Assembly (NCBI GenBank): GCA_023150835.1
Contig: JAKLKB010000026.1
Location: 1-57,885 of the forward strand
Direction of reading: 5' to 3'
Origin: Myxococcota bacterium
GTDB lineage: Bacteria; Myxococcota_C; UBA6777
Length of the DNA stretch: 57,885 nt
Part shown: piece after piece, positions 10,176-20,396 of the stretch
How positions within the stretch are numbered: position 1 is the first letter of the stretch
Layout: each line of letters opens with the position of its first letter
Made by a program: the position numbers and the translations under genes
Notes under the pieces: generated by a model
What the model was told of the DNA's origin: nothing
Seen by the model: the letters and a program-made list of their open reading frames with translations, nothing else
The model's database searches: none

Positions 10176-10535
10176 GTGCTCACCTGTGATCCTGTAGAAT
10201 GTTATCGAAGAACCCCGATAGTGGCTGTTGCAAAAAGATCCCGAGACGCTATCACAAGCGAACAAAAGACGCTAGAACCGCTCTGCCCAACTTGACGGGG
10301 CGTTGCACTGTTCCATCCAACAGCATCGCTCCTGTGAGGGGTCACGCAGCTTTTGCGAGAACAGATGCCTTGCCAGAAAACAAGTCCAACGTCGTGGCTC
10401 CTCTGTACAAAAGAAAAGAATTCAGTAAGGTTCCTTTGTTGCCGCTTGACAGGTGGCGCATGAAAGAAAAGGGCAAGACAGGCAAGACAAGTCTTTTGTT
10501 TGCTGGTTCAATCGTTGATAAAACGGGAGGTTTTC

Positions 10536-11798
10536 GTGACAAGGCAAATCTTTTTGATCGTTATCGCGCTGGTGACGGGTGTCGTGTTGGCGCGCAGTCA
10601 CAGCGCTTGTGTGTTTGGCGTATCGGTCTGCGAGTACGACGGTAAACAGTACAGCGAGGGCCAACGCTTCGATGCGAAGGACGGTTGTAACACCTGCGTA
10701 TGCAGCCAAGGGAAAGTAATGTGTACGTTGATGGCGTGTACACACTGCACCTACGATGGGAAAAAACACGACGACGGAGCCTCATTTGCTGCGACTGATG
10801 GTTGCAACACTTGCACATGCAACAAAGGGCAAGTGGGTTGCACCAAGATGAATTGCAACAAGACCTGCACCAGCAAAGACACCAGCAAGTGCGGAGGTGG
10901 CGAGTTTTGTGCGTTCGATGCAGGATCGTGTGGCCGTAGTGAGCAAAGAGGTCAATGCAAGGCCAAGCCGCTCGCGTGTGACGCCCAGTACGATCCCGTA
11001 TGCGGCTGCGATGGCAAGACTTACAGCAACGCCTGTAACGCCGAGACATCGGGATCTTCGGTGGATTACAAAGGCATCTGTGTAACAGGTTCGTGTAGTC
11101 ACCTTGGTCATGCCTATGCAGACGGATCGACCTTCCCGAAGGGGGATGGTTGCAACACTTGTACGTGTACCAACGGCAAAGTGGGATGCACAGAAAAAGC
11201 CTGTCCACCGCCGCAAGAGTGCGGAGGGATCCAAGGTGCGGTCTGCCAAAACAAAGCAGAGATGTGCATCCTGCCCAACGGAAGCTGCAAAACAGCCGAG
11301 GCCAAGGGGAATTGCCAGATCCGTCCCCAAACTTGCCCCCAATCTCTCGATCCAGTTTGCGGATGTGACGGAAAGACTTACAACAACGCCTGTGCAGCGC
11401 ACGTTGCGAACGTACAGATCGATTACACAGGGAAATGCAAAGAAGTCTACAAATGCACCTACGACAACAAACTGTACAACGATGGCGAATCTTTCCCATC
11501 GAGCGACGGTTGTAATGCCTGTACTTGCCGTGAGGGAAAAGTCATGTGTACGTTGCTTGTTTGTCCACAGCCTTGTGGGGGTAGTGGGACAGCGGCGTGT
11601 CCAGCGGGGCATTATTGCAACTACAACGACGGAAAATGCGGCGAGATGAACACCAAAGGCATCTGCGCTCCACAGCCCAATATGTGCGACGAAACCAACG
11701 CCCAAGTATGCGGCTGCAACAACACCACTTATCAAAACGCCTGTAAAGCCGCAGCAGCGGGAATTTCCGTCAAGTCGAACGGCGCTTGCACGAAGTAA
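10536..11798 (+). CDS. Secreted multi-domain protease inhibitor-like protein (4 pacifastin-like plus 3 Kazal modules)
   Basis: GTG start after GGAGG. Four CNxCxCxxGxxxCTxxxC modules and three (P/Q)VCGCxxxTYxNxC modules. Confidence 0.85.
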   Translation: MTRQIFLIVIALVTGVVLARSHSACVFGVSVCEYDGKQYSEGQRFDAKDGCNTCVCSQGKVMCTLMACTHCTYDGKKHDDGASFAATDGCNTCTCNKGQVGCTKMNCNKTCTSKDTSKCGGGEFCAFDAGSCGRSEQRGQCKAKPLACDAQYDPVCGCDGKTYSNACNAETSGSSVDYKGICVTGSCSHLGHAYADGSTFPKGDGCNTCTCTNGKVGCTEKACPPPQECGGIQGAVCQNKAEMCILPNGSCKTAEAKGNCQIRPQTCPQSLDPVCGCDGKTYNNACAAHVANVQIDYTGKCKEVYKCTYDNKLYNDGESFPSSDGCNACTCREGKVMCTLLVCPQPCGGSGTAACPAGHYCNYNDGKCGEMNTKGICAPQPNMCDETNAQVCGCNNTTYQNACKAAAAGISVKSNGACTK

Positions 11799-11848
11799 TA
11801 CGATATCCGCAAGATGTGTGAAGGATCGTGCGTAGATGCCCAATCCTT

Positions 11849-11874
11849 GTGCAGCCACAGGGGGCTGCACCTAC
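11849..11874 (-). repeat. GTAG-family REP element
   Basis: Reverse complement GTAG-GTGCAGCC-CCCTGT-GGCTGCAC, a perfect 8-bp stem after GTAG. Confidence 0.8.
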
Positions 11875-12004
11875 GTTTAACGATCACGCTCCCTGCGGAT
11901 TTCGTCTAAGGCATCGGCATCGCCCAAGGTCCCGCCACATCAGGCTCCGCAACAGCCCAAGGTTCCGCTGCATCAGGCCCCCGCAACAGATCGGCAAGAC
12001 TTGG

Positions 12005-12982
12005 TTAATCAAACACAACGGAGGATTCGGCGGGATAGTGTGGTTCTTCGCCCGCTAAGACACGAACAACATCGTACACAACCCAACTCATTGCGGCGAG
12101 AGCTTGGGCGGTACGAGAAGCAAGGTGGGGTAGAAGTCGGATATTGGGGTGTTTCCACATCGGGGCATCTTGGGGAGGGGGTTCGGGATCATGAACATCC
12201 AAGATCGCCTGTCCACCGTGTGTTTGAGCGCGCTCGGCCCACGCACAAAGAGCCTCATGATCGATCAACATTCCACGGGCTGCGTTAAGCAGCGTGCAAT
12301 GCAAGGGGAGCTGCGAAAAAGCCGATGCGTCGAGAAGATGATGGTTCGAGGATCGTCCGTCGGTGTGGAGAGTCAAGATGTCGGAGTGTTGGTACAGCGT
12401 TGCTTTGTCGGCGGCTTCGTGACGGGTGGCTTCCGAAAGACCGAGTGCGTCGTGCGAAAGCAGATCGTTGTACAAGACGCGCAGCCCAAAAGCGCGTGCG
12501 ACCTCTGCAACACGCCGCCCGATCCGCCCCATGCCCAAGATCCCCAGCGTCATCGTGTCCAATTGTCGCCCAAACAACTGCTTGCGATAAGCGTGAAAGG
12601 CTGCGGCCCCGTCTTGTGGGGAGAGCGAACGGCGCGGGCGCAAGGCATCGAACAACAGCGCCCACACATACTCGACAACGGCTTGTGTGTTGGCATCGGG
12701 TGTAAAGACCACACGGACGCCACGCGCAGCACACGCAGCGAGATCCACGTTATCCAAACCGACGCCCGCACGCCCGATCACCCGTAGATGCGGGGCAGCG
12801 GCCAGCAGCACCTCATTGACTTGTGTGTAAGTGCGGATCACCAAGCCATCGGCCTCAGCGAGAGCTTGCCAAAGGGTGGCGGTGTCGTTATGTGGGATGC
12901 GCGTCAGGTGGACACGTTCGGAAAGCCATTGGATGGCTTCGTCGTCGAGATGCTCTGTCAAGATCACACGGGCCTTGGACAT
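12005..12982 (-). CDS. D-isomer-specific 2-hydroxyacid dehydrogenase (phosphoglycerate dehydrogenase-like, no ACT domain)
   Basis: RAGVGLDNVD, GMGRIG (Rossmann), NAARG, LDVHDPEP and PHLAS motifs. Confidence 0.92.
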   Translation of the reverse strand: MSKARVILTEHLDDEAIQWLSERVHLTRIPHNDTATLWQALAEADGLVIRTYTQVNEVLLAAAPHLRVIGRAGVGLDNVDLAACAARGVRVVFTPDANTQAVVEYVWALLFDALRPRRSLSPQDGAAAFHAYRKQLFGRQLDTMTLGILGMGRIGRRVAEVARAFGLRVLYNDLLSHDALGLSEATRHEAADKATLYQHSDILTLHTDGRSSNHHLLDASAFSQLPLHCTLLNAARGMLIDHEALCAWAERAQTHGGQAILDVHDPEPPPQDAPMWKHPNIRLLPHLASRTAQALAAMSWVVYDVVRVLAGEEPHYPAESSVVFD

Positions 12983-13022
12983 TGAGTTCTCCTTTGGCGG
13001 CTGTGGAGGGCCGATTCAACGG

Positions 13023-14225
13023 ATGTTACGCGGGATCGAGTTAGAAGATGCTTTTTTGCGGGTCAACGCGGTGCTTTCGCGGTACGCGGAGTTATGGACC
13101 CCTCAACCTTTTATGCACAAGACCTTGCCTTGGGAAGAGGACTTTCCTGCGATGTCTTGTTTTTTGCGCGCACTGTCCGAGGAGCAGGGGCGAGCGATGG
13201 AGGGCGACGTGTACGCCATCGCATCGGCGGTTGCGCCGTTTTTTCCTGAGGCCCAAGAGATCGTCGATCTGGCCCTTCTTGTCGGCCCGATGGCGCAAGG
13301 GACCGAGCCTGATTTGGGCCCTTTTTTCGGAGTGGATATCCCGGGACGAAAACTTGCGCAGATCCAAGCTTTTTCACGGACGCTGCCTGATCAAGGGTTA
13401 GACTTTCTGGATTGGTGTGGCGGCAAAGGCCATCTGGGGCGGATGTTGGGGGCTTGGCATCGCCGCCATGTGACCTGTCTTGAGAGGCAAGAGACCTTGT
13501 GTGCGGATGGTCGGGCTTTGGGGCTGCGCGATCAAGTCGAGATGGCGTTTCATTGTGTCGATGTGCTTGCAGACCAAAGCGCGGAACTCTTACAACCCTC
13601 GCATCATGTGGTCGCGTTGCATGCGTGTGGGCCGCTGCATCGGCGCCTTCTCGAACAGGCAAGACCTCGACAGATCCGAGCGATCCATCTTTCGCCTTGT
13701 TGTTATGTCCTTGATGTCGCCGATCACTACAAGCCGCTATCCACGCTCGTACAAGATCGTGGGATGTTGCTGACACGAAACCAAGTGCGCCTTGCACTCC
13801 AAGAGACCGTGTTTCAAGCCCAGCGACTTGTGCATCGCCGACAGCGGTTCAATCGGTGGCGTCTGGGTTTTGATTGTCTCCAACGCGATCTGCGCGGCAT
13901 CGACGCCTATCGACCGATGCCTACAGTCTCGCAAGCTCTCCTCGATCAAGGGTTCACGGCTTTTTGTCACCACATGGCCGGGCTGATCAGCCTCGCGCTG
14001 CCTCCCGATCTGGATCTCTCCCGCTACGAAGCGATGGGGGCTTTGCGTCAAAAAGAAGTGTTGGTCCTCGAACTGCCGCGCCTGTTGTTTCGCCGTGTGC
14101 TTGAGATCTGGCTCGTCCTTGATCGCGGCCTTTTTTTGCACGAACAGGGCTATGAAGTGACGGTGGGTTTGTTTTGTTCGCATACGCTTACGCCGCGCAA
14201 TCTGTTGATCCAAGCCTTGCGCTGA
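13023..14225 (+). CDS. SAM-dependent methyltransferase (Methyltransf_32-like)
   Basis: LDWCGGKGHLG, VALHACGPLH, SPCCY and TPRNLLI motifs. The start was moved to ATG 13023 to avoid overlap with the divergent gene. Confidence 0.85.
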   Translation: MLRGIELEDAFLRVNAVLSRYAELWTPQPFMHKTLPWEEDFPAMSCFLRALSEEQGRAMEGDVYAIASAVAPFFPEAQEIVDLALLVGPMAQGTEPDLGPFFGVDIPGRKLAQIQAFSRTLPDQGLDFLDWCGGKGHLGRMLGAWHRRHVTCLERQETLCADGRALGLRDQVEMAFHCVDVLADQSAELLQPSHHVVALHACGPLHRRLLEQARPRQIRAIHLSPCCYVLDVADHYKPLSTLVQDRGMLLTRNQVRLALQETVFQAQRLVHRRQRFNRWRLGFDCLQRDLRGIDAYRPMPTVSQALLDQGFTAFCHHMAGLISLALPPDLDLSRYEAMGALRQKEVLVLELPRLLFRRVLEIWLVLDRGLFLHEQGYEVTVGLFCSHTLTPRNLLIQALR

Positions 14226-14358
14226 TCCACTCGCCCCGTCCTTGCGGCCTTGGGTTCAGATTTTGAACACCTGTCTTGTTTGCATCGTGGCATGGTACGC
14301 CCCAAGTCAGCAGGGGCCGTACAGACGGCCTGATCAAACAAGGACAGGATAGAAGCGT

Positions 14359-17160
14359 ATGCAAAAAGCAAAGAATCGCGTGTTGTGGCTGATCGGATTG
14401 TTGTTCACGATCAGCGCGTGCCAGATGAATACAGAGACGACGGAACTCGCCCGCACTTTTCAACCGATCATCGGCGGAAAAAAAGACCTAAGCAATCCTG
14501 CGGTGGGTGCGCTTTCTGTGCAACGCCAGCAAACCTTTTGTACGGGAACCTTGATTACACCGCGCCTTGTGTTGACAGCGGCGCACTGTGTGGATGCGGT
14601 CAACCAATACCGCAACCAAGGAGCGACCGTCGAATTCCGTATCGATATCCCCTCAGGAACAAGCTTTCGCAGCGAATACCAAGTTGTCCAATCGACACAA
14701 AACCATCCCAATTGGTCAGGAACCAGCGGCTCCGTAAGCAACGACATCGGCGTGCTGATCTTGACCAAAAACGTGACGGCCACCCCACCGATGGCGATCA
14801 ACACCGATCCGATGAACAACACATGGGTAGGCCGCGATCTGTTCTTCCTTGGCTACGGCCTGATCCAAACTCGCCCAAGTATCGTCTCTGCCGATCAAAA
14901 ATACAGCACAAATATCCCGATCTCACGGGTTTCTACAACTACTTTTGAAAACTACAAAGCCGGAACCAGCGTATGCAGCGGAGATTCAGGTGGCCCCGCT
15001 TTCTACAGCGTCAACGGTACGCTCAAAGTCATGGGGGTCAACTCCTACGTCCAAGGCAGCGTGATCGGCGGACGCCAGCCCGCCTGCGACGGTTCCTCCA
15101 CCTCGATGCGTGTGGACGCCTATCTGTCTTGGCTCCAGCCGCTGATCAACCAATACGGCGGCAACTGTCAGATCGATAGTGATTGTGGGCCTTGCTACAC
15201 TTGCACGAGCGGCAAGTGCAATCGCCGCTACCCTGCGATCGTTCAAAACCTCTGCAAGCCTTGCAGCAAGCCTGATGATTGTGGCGGGCCACAAGATATC
15301 TGCGTCCGAACTCCCGATGGAAACCGCTGCGCCCAAGCCTGCGACATCCAAGGTTGTTGCCCCGAAGGTTATGCCTGCGGAGACTTTGGCGGACAGAAAC
15401 AATGTATTCCTTCGTCTGGTCAATGCGCACCTGCCGCTTGCACAGCCAAGACAGAGTGCGGCCCGGGCGAAGACTGTGTCGGTGGTTTTTGTAAGCCTGA
15501 ACCTGTGAACGTCGAAGCGGGAGCTTGCAAACCTTGCAACAACGGCACTTGTAACGCAGGACAGCGTTGTGCGGATCTCGGCGTCGGCGGGAAACGCTGC
15601 CTCCAAGCCTGCAAGGACGGGAACTTTTGCCCCGGCAACTACGACTGCAAAGATATCACAGGTGGCCGCTATTGTGTCCCACGCAACGATCTTTGCCCTT
15701 GCACCGCCAACACGGACTGCGACGCAGGCGAGATCTGCCAAAGCGCAAGCTGCCAAAAACCCGGCGGGGGAAAATTTGGTGACGCATGCAGCGCACAAAA
15801 GCCCTGTGCATCGGGCTATCAATGCACTCCCACCCAAGGAGGCGGCGATGTCTGCATCCAACCATGCGGTCCTTCGGCCCCGGGCGGCAACGGTTCTGCC
15901 CCCGGCAACCCGGGATCGTACTGCAACAACAACCAATGTATCCTCGGCGCACAATGCGCCAACGTCGGTGCCCCTCAGCCTGTTTGTTTCCCCCAACAAT
16001 GCACCTCTCAAGCAGACTGCACCAACGGCGGACAATGCACGCCCATCCAACAAGCCGGCATCAGCGTATGTTTGTGCAACGGCAACACGCAATGCAAAAC
16101 AGGCTACTGCAATACCGCTTTGTTTACGCAATTTTTCGGGCAACGTGTCGGTGCTTGCGCGAATCCTCCGACCGGCAATCCTAATGGTGGTTGTGATGCA
16201 GGAACGACCTGTAAAGACAGTCAAAATCCTACGCAAAACTGCGCAAGCAACAGCCAAGCCTGCATCTGTTTCCCTCAAGGCACCAAAGACGTCGGTGAAA
16301 ACTGCTCCCAAAGCGAGTTGTGCAAAGAGGGCCTTGTCTGCGTCAACACAGGCGCAAACAACGTCTGCCTAGAAACATGCACCCCCAACTCTCCCGGGCA
16401 ATGCAAATCAGGTGGCGCATGCAATATCCCCGCACAAGGCGGCACTTACTTTTGCGGCTGCAATGCACAAGCCCCCTGCGCAAGCGGCAAAACCTGCCGT
16501 CCTTTTGTGCCGGGTGCAGGGATCTGCACACCCAACGGCGCAACGCAAAACTGCGGAAACGGCACTTGCGAAGGCGCACTTGGTGAAAATTGCTCGACTT
16601 GCGCGCAAGATTGCGCTTGCACAAACGGGCGTCAGTGCATCAACAACCTCTGCCAAGATCCCGCTCCCGGGTGCGGTGACAAGGTCTGCGGAAACGGTGA
16701 GAATTGCACCAACTGCCCGAGCGATTGCGCATGTCCAAGCGGGAAAGAATGTCAAGCAGGCGTCTGCAAAGAACCCACCCCACAAAGCTGCGGAAACGGA
16801 AAGTGCGATACTGCGCAAGGCGAAAACTGCGGAAACTGCGCACAAGATTGTGGATGCCCACCCGATGGCGTCTGTCAAGAAGGAACCTGCAAAGCCCGTC
16901 CCTCCGAATCCACAACACCTGTCGATGGCGGAGATGTCGAAAAAGGCGGTGCATCCGATGAATCCACCGCACTCCCTTGTGCTGCTGCGGATCAGATCGT
17001 CCAATGCGATCCCAACGGCCAAAACTGCGCCAACATCTGCCCGCCCACAAAGACGGGATGTTCGGGCTGTAACGCACACTCAGAACCTGCTACACCTTCC
17101 GCATTTTTTGTGATGCTGTTGGTCTTGCTCCTGTTGCGGCGCCGAACCTTTTCGGCCTAA
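14359..17160 (+). CDS. Trypsin-family (S1) serine protease with Cys-rich stalk and MYXO-CTERM-like anchor
   Basis: Lipobox ISAC, IIGG activation site, and triad LTAAHC / NDIGVL / GDSGGP. The C-terminus reads GCSGC..FFVMLLVLLLLRRR. Confidence 0.93.
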   Translation: MQKAKNRVLWLIGLLFTISACQMNTETTELARTFQPIIGGKKDLSNPAVGALSVQRQQTFCTGTLITPRLVLTAAHCVDAVNQYRNQGATVEFRIDIPSGTSFRSEYQVVQSTQNHPNWSGTSGSVSNDIGVLILTKNVTATPPMAINTDPMNNTWVGRDLFFLGYGLIQTRPSIVSADQKYSTNIPISRVSTTTFENYKAGTSVCSGDSGGPAFYSVNGTLKVMGVNSYVQGSVIGGRQPACDGSSTSMRVDAYLSWLQPLINQYGGNCQIDSDCGPCYTCTSGKCNRRYPAIVQNLCKPCSKPDDCGGPQDICVRTPDGNRCAQACDIQGCCPEGYACGDFGGQKQCIPSSGQCAPAACTAKTECGPGEDCVGGFCKPEPVNVEAGACKPCNNGTCNAGQRCADLGVGGKRCLQACKDGNFCPGNYDCKDITGGRYCVPRNDLCPCTANTDCDAGEICQSASCQKPGGGKFGDACSAQKPCASGYQCTPTQGGGDVCIQPCGPSAPGGNGSAPGNPGSYCNNNQCILGAQCANVGAPQPVCFPQQCTSQADCTNGGQCTPIQQAGISVCLCNGNTQCKTGYCNTALFTQFFGQRVGACANPPTGNPNGGCDAGTTCKDSQNPTQNCASNSQACICFPQGTKDVGENCSQSELCKEGLVCVNTGANNVCLETCTPNSPGQCKSGGACNIPAQGGTYFCGCNAQAPCASGKTCRPFVPGAGICTPNGATQNCGNGTCEGALGENCSTCAQDCACTNGRQCINNLCQDPAPGCGDKVCGNGENCTNCPSDCACPSGKECQAGVCKEPTPQSCGNGKCDTAQGENCGNCAQDCGCPPDGVCQEGTCKARPSESTTPVDGGDVEKGGASDESTALPCAAADQIVQCDPNGQNCANICPPTKTGCSGCNAHSEPATPSAFFVMLLVLLLLRRRTFSA

Positions 17161-17381
17161 ACACGGCACCGACACACGCCCACCAAACCACCCTCGAAAT
17201 TCTTTGACACTCGATTTGCGGCCTCCCCTCTTGATCACCGCAGGCATAATTTGCGGCCTCCCCCCTTTTCGTCACAGACACAAACAGCTATCTTCGGTCG
17301 GATAACCCAAGCGCTCGTGCGCGATCACGACCCTCAAGCGCAAGGCCGTCTGAAAAGACCCGATCCAAGGAAGAGATCATC

Positions 17382-20132
17382 ATGCAAGTGTGTTGGCAAC
17401 AAGCTCTGCGCTTTGGCGTAGGTGCGATGATTGGTGTGTTGTGTGTATGGATGCTCACAGGCCCAACGGCGGTCTATGCGTGGAATCCGCTTGTTTTGAA
17501 TGGCGCTTGTGCCGAAAAGGGGACGCCTTGCAGTTCGACCGTCGGCAACGCAGGCGGCGAAAATGCCTGTTGCGATCCCGCAAACCCCCGAGCAGGCGGC
17601 TACAGCAGCGTTGAACAATGCGCAACGCGAAACGCTTGCGCAGGCGGGCGACCCTATAGATGGCTGAATCTTCCTGTGGTGTGGTTTTGGAACCCCAACG
17701 GACTCTCAGCGGGCTTTCGTAGTCGCAACGAGGCGCAGTATGAAAGCGCACTCAAGGCCGCTTGGGATGCTTGGAACAAGCCGACGTGTACCTCTTTTCA
17801 ACACCGCTACGGCGGACGCACCACCAAAGGCGGCGATCGCAACGACAAAACCGTCGTGATCTACTTCCCCACACAAACCGAATGGGCGCAGTTTGGGGCG
17901 GGAAACTCGACCCTCGCCTTTGCACGACCCAACCCCACAAGCAGCGATGGCCGCCTTGAAGATGGAGATGTGATCTTCAATCCCAACGTGGGCTGGGGTA
18001 CTTCACCCGTTCAACGTTCGGAGTACGACTTTCTCGCCGTAGCAGCGCACGAGATCGGCCATGCCATCGGCCTCGGACATAGCCAGTTTACGGGCGCTTT
18101 GATGTACTACGCAACACGCGGTAGCGGCGAAGAATGGAGCCGCTTGGGTGGAAAACTTCCCGCCGATGATGAAACAGCCATCTGTACGACCTATCCAAGC
18201 CTCAACTGCGCCCAACCCTCGGACTGTGGGGGATGTTTTACTTGTGGCACAGGCGGAAAGTGCGTCATCAAATCGATCCCACTGGCTCGCAATCTGTGTA
18301 AACCATGCACAAAGCCCGATGATTGCGGTGGATTGCAAGATATCTGTGTCCGAACCCCCGATGGCAACCGTTGCGCCCAATCCTGCGACAACAACGGCTG
18401 TTGCCCAGACGGATATCGCTGTTCTGATGTCGGAAACGGCCTGCGGATGTGCATCCCCGACTCAGGCCGCTGCCCCCCCATCTCGTGTACAACCTCCGCC
18501 GAATGCGGCCCGGGAGAGCAATGCGCCAACGGCACATGTTCCCCCCCTGTTGTCTCCCTAAAGTCGGGCGTTTGCACGCTCTGCCCCAAAGGCACCTGCC
18601 CCAACCAAACAGGGTGCTTTGATATCGATGGCGAAAAACGATGCCTCCAACCTTGCGTCGCTGACAACTTCTGCCCACAAGGCTATGTCTGCGGATTGTC
18701 TAGCACCTTGGGCCGCCAATGCGTACCTGAAAAAGGATTCTGCGCTTGCACCAAAGACGAGGACTGTCCCCCCACCCAACGCTGCGAAAGCGGAAACTGC
18801 CGTATCCCGGGTGGCGGAAAATACTTTGATATCTGCACTGACAAAAAGCCCTGTGGCCCCGGCTACAACTGCCTCGAACTCCAAAATGGCAACAAAGCCT
18901 GCCTTCAACTTTGCGGGGCCAACGCCCCTCCCCACTCAGGACTCCCCGGCACCCCGGGCGCTCCCTGCAACAACGGCCAATGCTCCCAAGGCGCTCAGTG
19001 TTTTTCTCTAGGTGCGGGGAGCAATGTCTGCTTTCCTGAGTCCTGCAACAACGGTGTCTGCACCAGCGGCGGTCAATGCTTCCAGATCCCCCGCGTAGGC
19101 AACAACTGCCTTTGTCAAAAAGATGGCGACTGCACCACAGGCTTTTGCAACACCGCGATCCTCAGCCAGATCTTTGGCGGTTCCTACGGTGCTTGCGCTC
19201 CCAAACCTGACAACTACCCGTGCGAAAAAGACTTTTTGTGCCTTGACTTTTCCACCAGCAAAGGCTGCACAGGACAAAGCCAAGCCTGCGTTTGTCGCCC
19301 GGGACCCAACGTCAAAACCCGCGCAGTAGGCGACACTTGCAACGCCTATATCGAAGACTGCAAACCCGAAGCCGACTGCGTCGCAAGCAGCAACTCCCCA
19401 CGAGACGGCCTCTGCAACGAACGCTGTAACCCCCGAATCACCGGCCAATGCAAATCAGGCGGAGGTTGTATCATCCAAGGTGCAAACAGCTTTTATTGCG
19501 GTTGCAGCACACAAGTCTCCTGTCCACAAGGCAGCGAATGCCGCAACATCAACCCCTTTACAGGACAAGGTATGTGTGCCAGCGCTGCCCTCGACTGCGG
19601 CAACAAGACCTGCCAAGCCGACAAAGGCGAAGATTGCACCACCTGCCCCGCCGATTGCGCTTGTCAAAATGGCCTCACTTGCCAAACAGGTGCTTGTGTC
19701 GCTGCGGGTTCTTGTGGCAACGGAACCTGCGAAGCTGACAAAGGCGAACACTGCGGCTCTTGCTCCGCCGACTGCGCCTGTCCAAACGGGCAATCTTGTC
19801 AAAACAACACTTGCCAAACCATCCCCACCCAAACCTGCGGAGATGGAAAATGCGAGGCCGACAAAGGCGAACACTGCGGCTCTTGCACCGCTGACTGCGC
19901 CTGTCCAAACGGGCAATCTTGTCAAAACAACATCTGCAAAACGCCCGCTCCTAGCCTGCCCTGCCCCGCCGAGGAACAACGCGAAGAATGCGACGTCGAA
20001 GGCAACAACTGTGCAATGGTTTGCGTCACCCCCAACACAGGCTGCGGATGCCAAAGCACTCCCTTCAACCAACCCGTCCTGTGGTTCGGCCTTTTGTTCT
20101 TTCTGCTGCCCCATCTCCGCCGCAAGCCCTAA
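17382..20132 (+). CDS. Matrixin (M10-like metzincin) metalloprotease with Cys-rich stalk and MYXO-CTERM-like anchor
   Basis: Signal peptide, HEIGHAIGLGH and Met-turn ALMY. The C-terminus reads GCGC..VLWFGLLFFLLPHLRRK. Confidence 0.93.
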   Translation: MQVCWQQALRFGVGAMIGVLCVWMLTGPTAVYAWNPLVLNGACAEKGTPCSSTVGNAGGENACCDPANPRAGGYSSVEQCATRNACAGGRPYRWLNLPVVWFWNPNGLSAGFRSRNEAQYESALKAAWDAWNKPTCTSFQHRYGGRTTKGGDRNDKTVVIYFPTQTEWAQFGAGNSTLAFARPNPTSSDGRLEDGDVIFNPNVGWGTSPVQRSEYDFLAVAAHEIGHAIGLGHSQFTGALMYYATRGSGEEWSRLGGKLPADDETAICTTYPSLNCAQPSDCGGCFTCGTGGKCVIKSIPLARNLCKPCTKPDDCGGLQDICVRTPDGNRCAQSCDNNGCCPDGYRCSDVGNGLRMCIPDSGRCPPISCTTSAECGPGEQCANGTCSPPVVSLKSGVCTLCPKGTCPNQTGCFDIDGEKRCLQPCVADNFCPQGYVCGLSSTLGRQCVPEKGFCACTKDEDCPPTQRCESGNCRIPGGGKYFDICTDKKPCGPGYNCLELQNGNKACLQLCGANAPPHSGLPGTPGAPCNNGQCSQGAQCFSLGAGSNVCFPESCNNGVCTSGGQCFQIPRVGNNCLCQKDGDCTTGFCNTAILSQIFGGSYGACAPKPDNYPCEKDFLCLDFSTSKGCTGQSQACVCRPGPNVKTRAVGDTCNAYIEDCKPEADCVASSNSPRDGLCNERCNPRITGQCKSGGGCIIQGANSFYCGCSTQVSCPQGSECRNINPFTGQGMCASAALDCGNKTCQADKGEDCTTCPADCACQNGLTCQTGACVAAGSCGNGTCEADKGEHCGSCSADCACPNGQSCQNNTCQTIPTQTCGDGKCEADKGEHCGSCTADCACPNGQSCQNNICKTPAPSLPCPAEEQREECDVEGNNCAMVCVTPNTGCGCQSTPFNQPVLWFGLLFFLLPHLRRKP

Positions 20133-20396
20133 CCACCGCCTTGTTCACAACGCCCACGCCACAGAAAAAAGAAAGAACAGAATAAGTGGGTGGCCCGATA
20201 CGTCTTTTAGCGTGCTGAAAAGCAGGTGGCTTGTTCGTGATCGCATCACCTCCAACAAACACAACGCTTTTCCCCGCAAGGCGCCAGACAGAAAAGGACG
20301 AGAGACCGCCATGGAGGCACAACGCACCCAACAAGACGTTCGCCCTTTCCCCGCACAAGCCCGTGCATTCTTCACCACTTGCGTCGAGATAAAGCC

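Noticed and set aside
8503-10197. 564-aa plus-strand ORF (FAGSAAFGASAT repeats)
   Set aside because: Antisense shadow of the 36-bp repeat in the minus-strand gene, which has the coherent TM and coiled-coil architecture.
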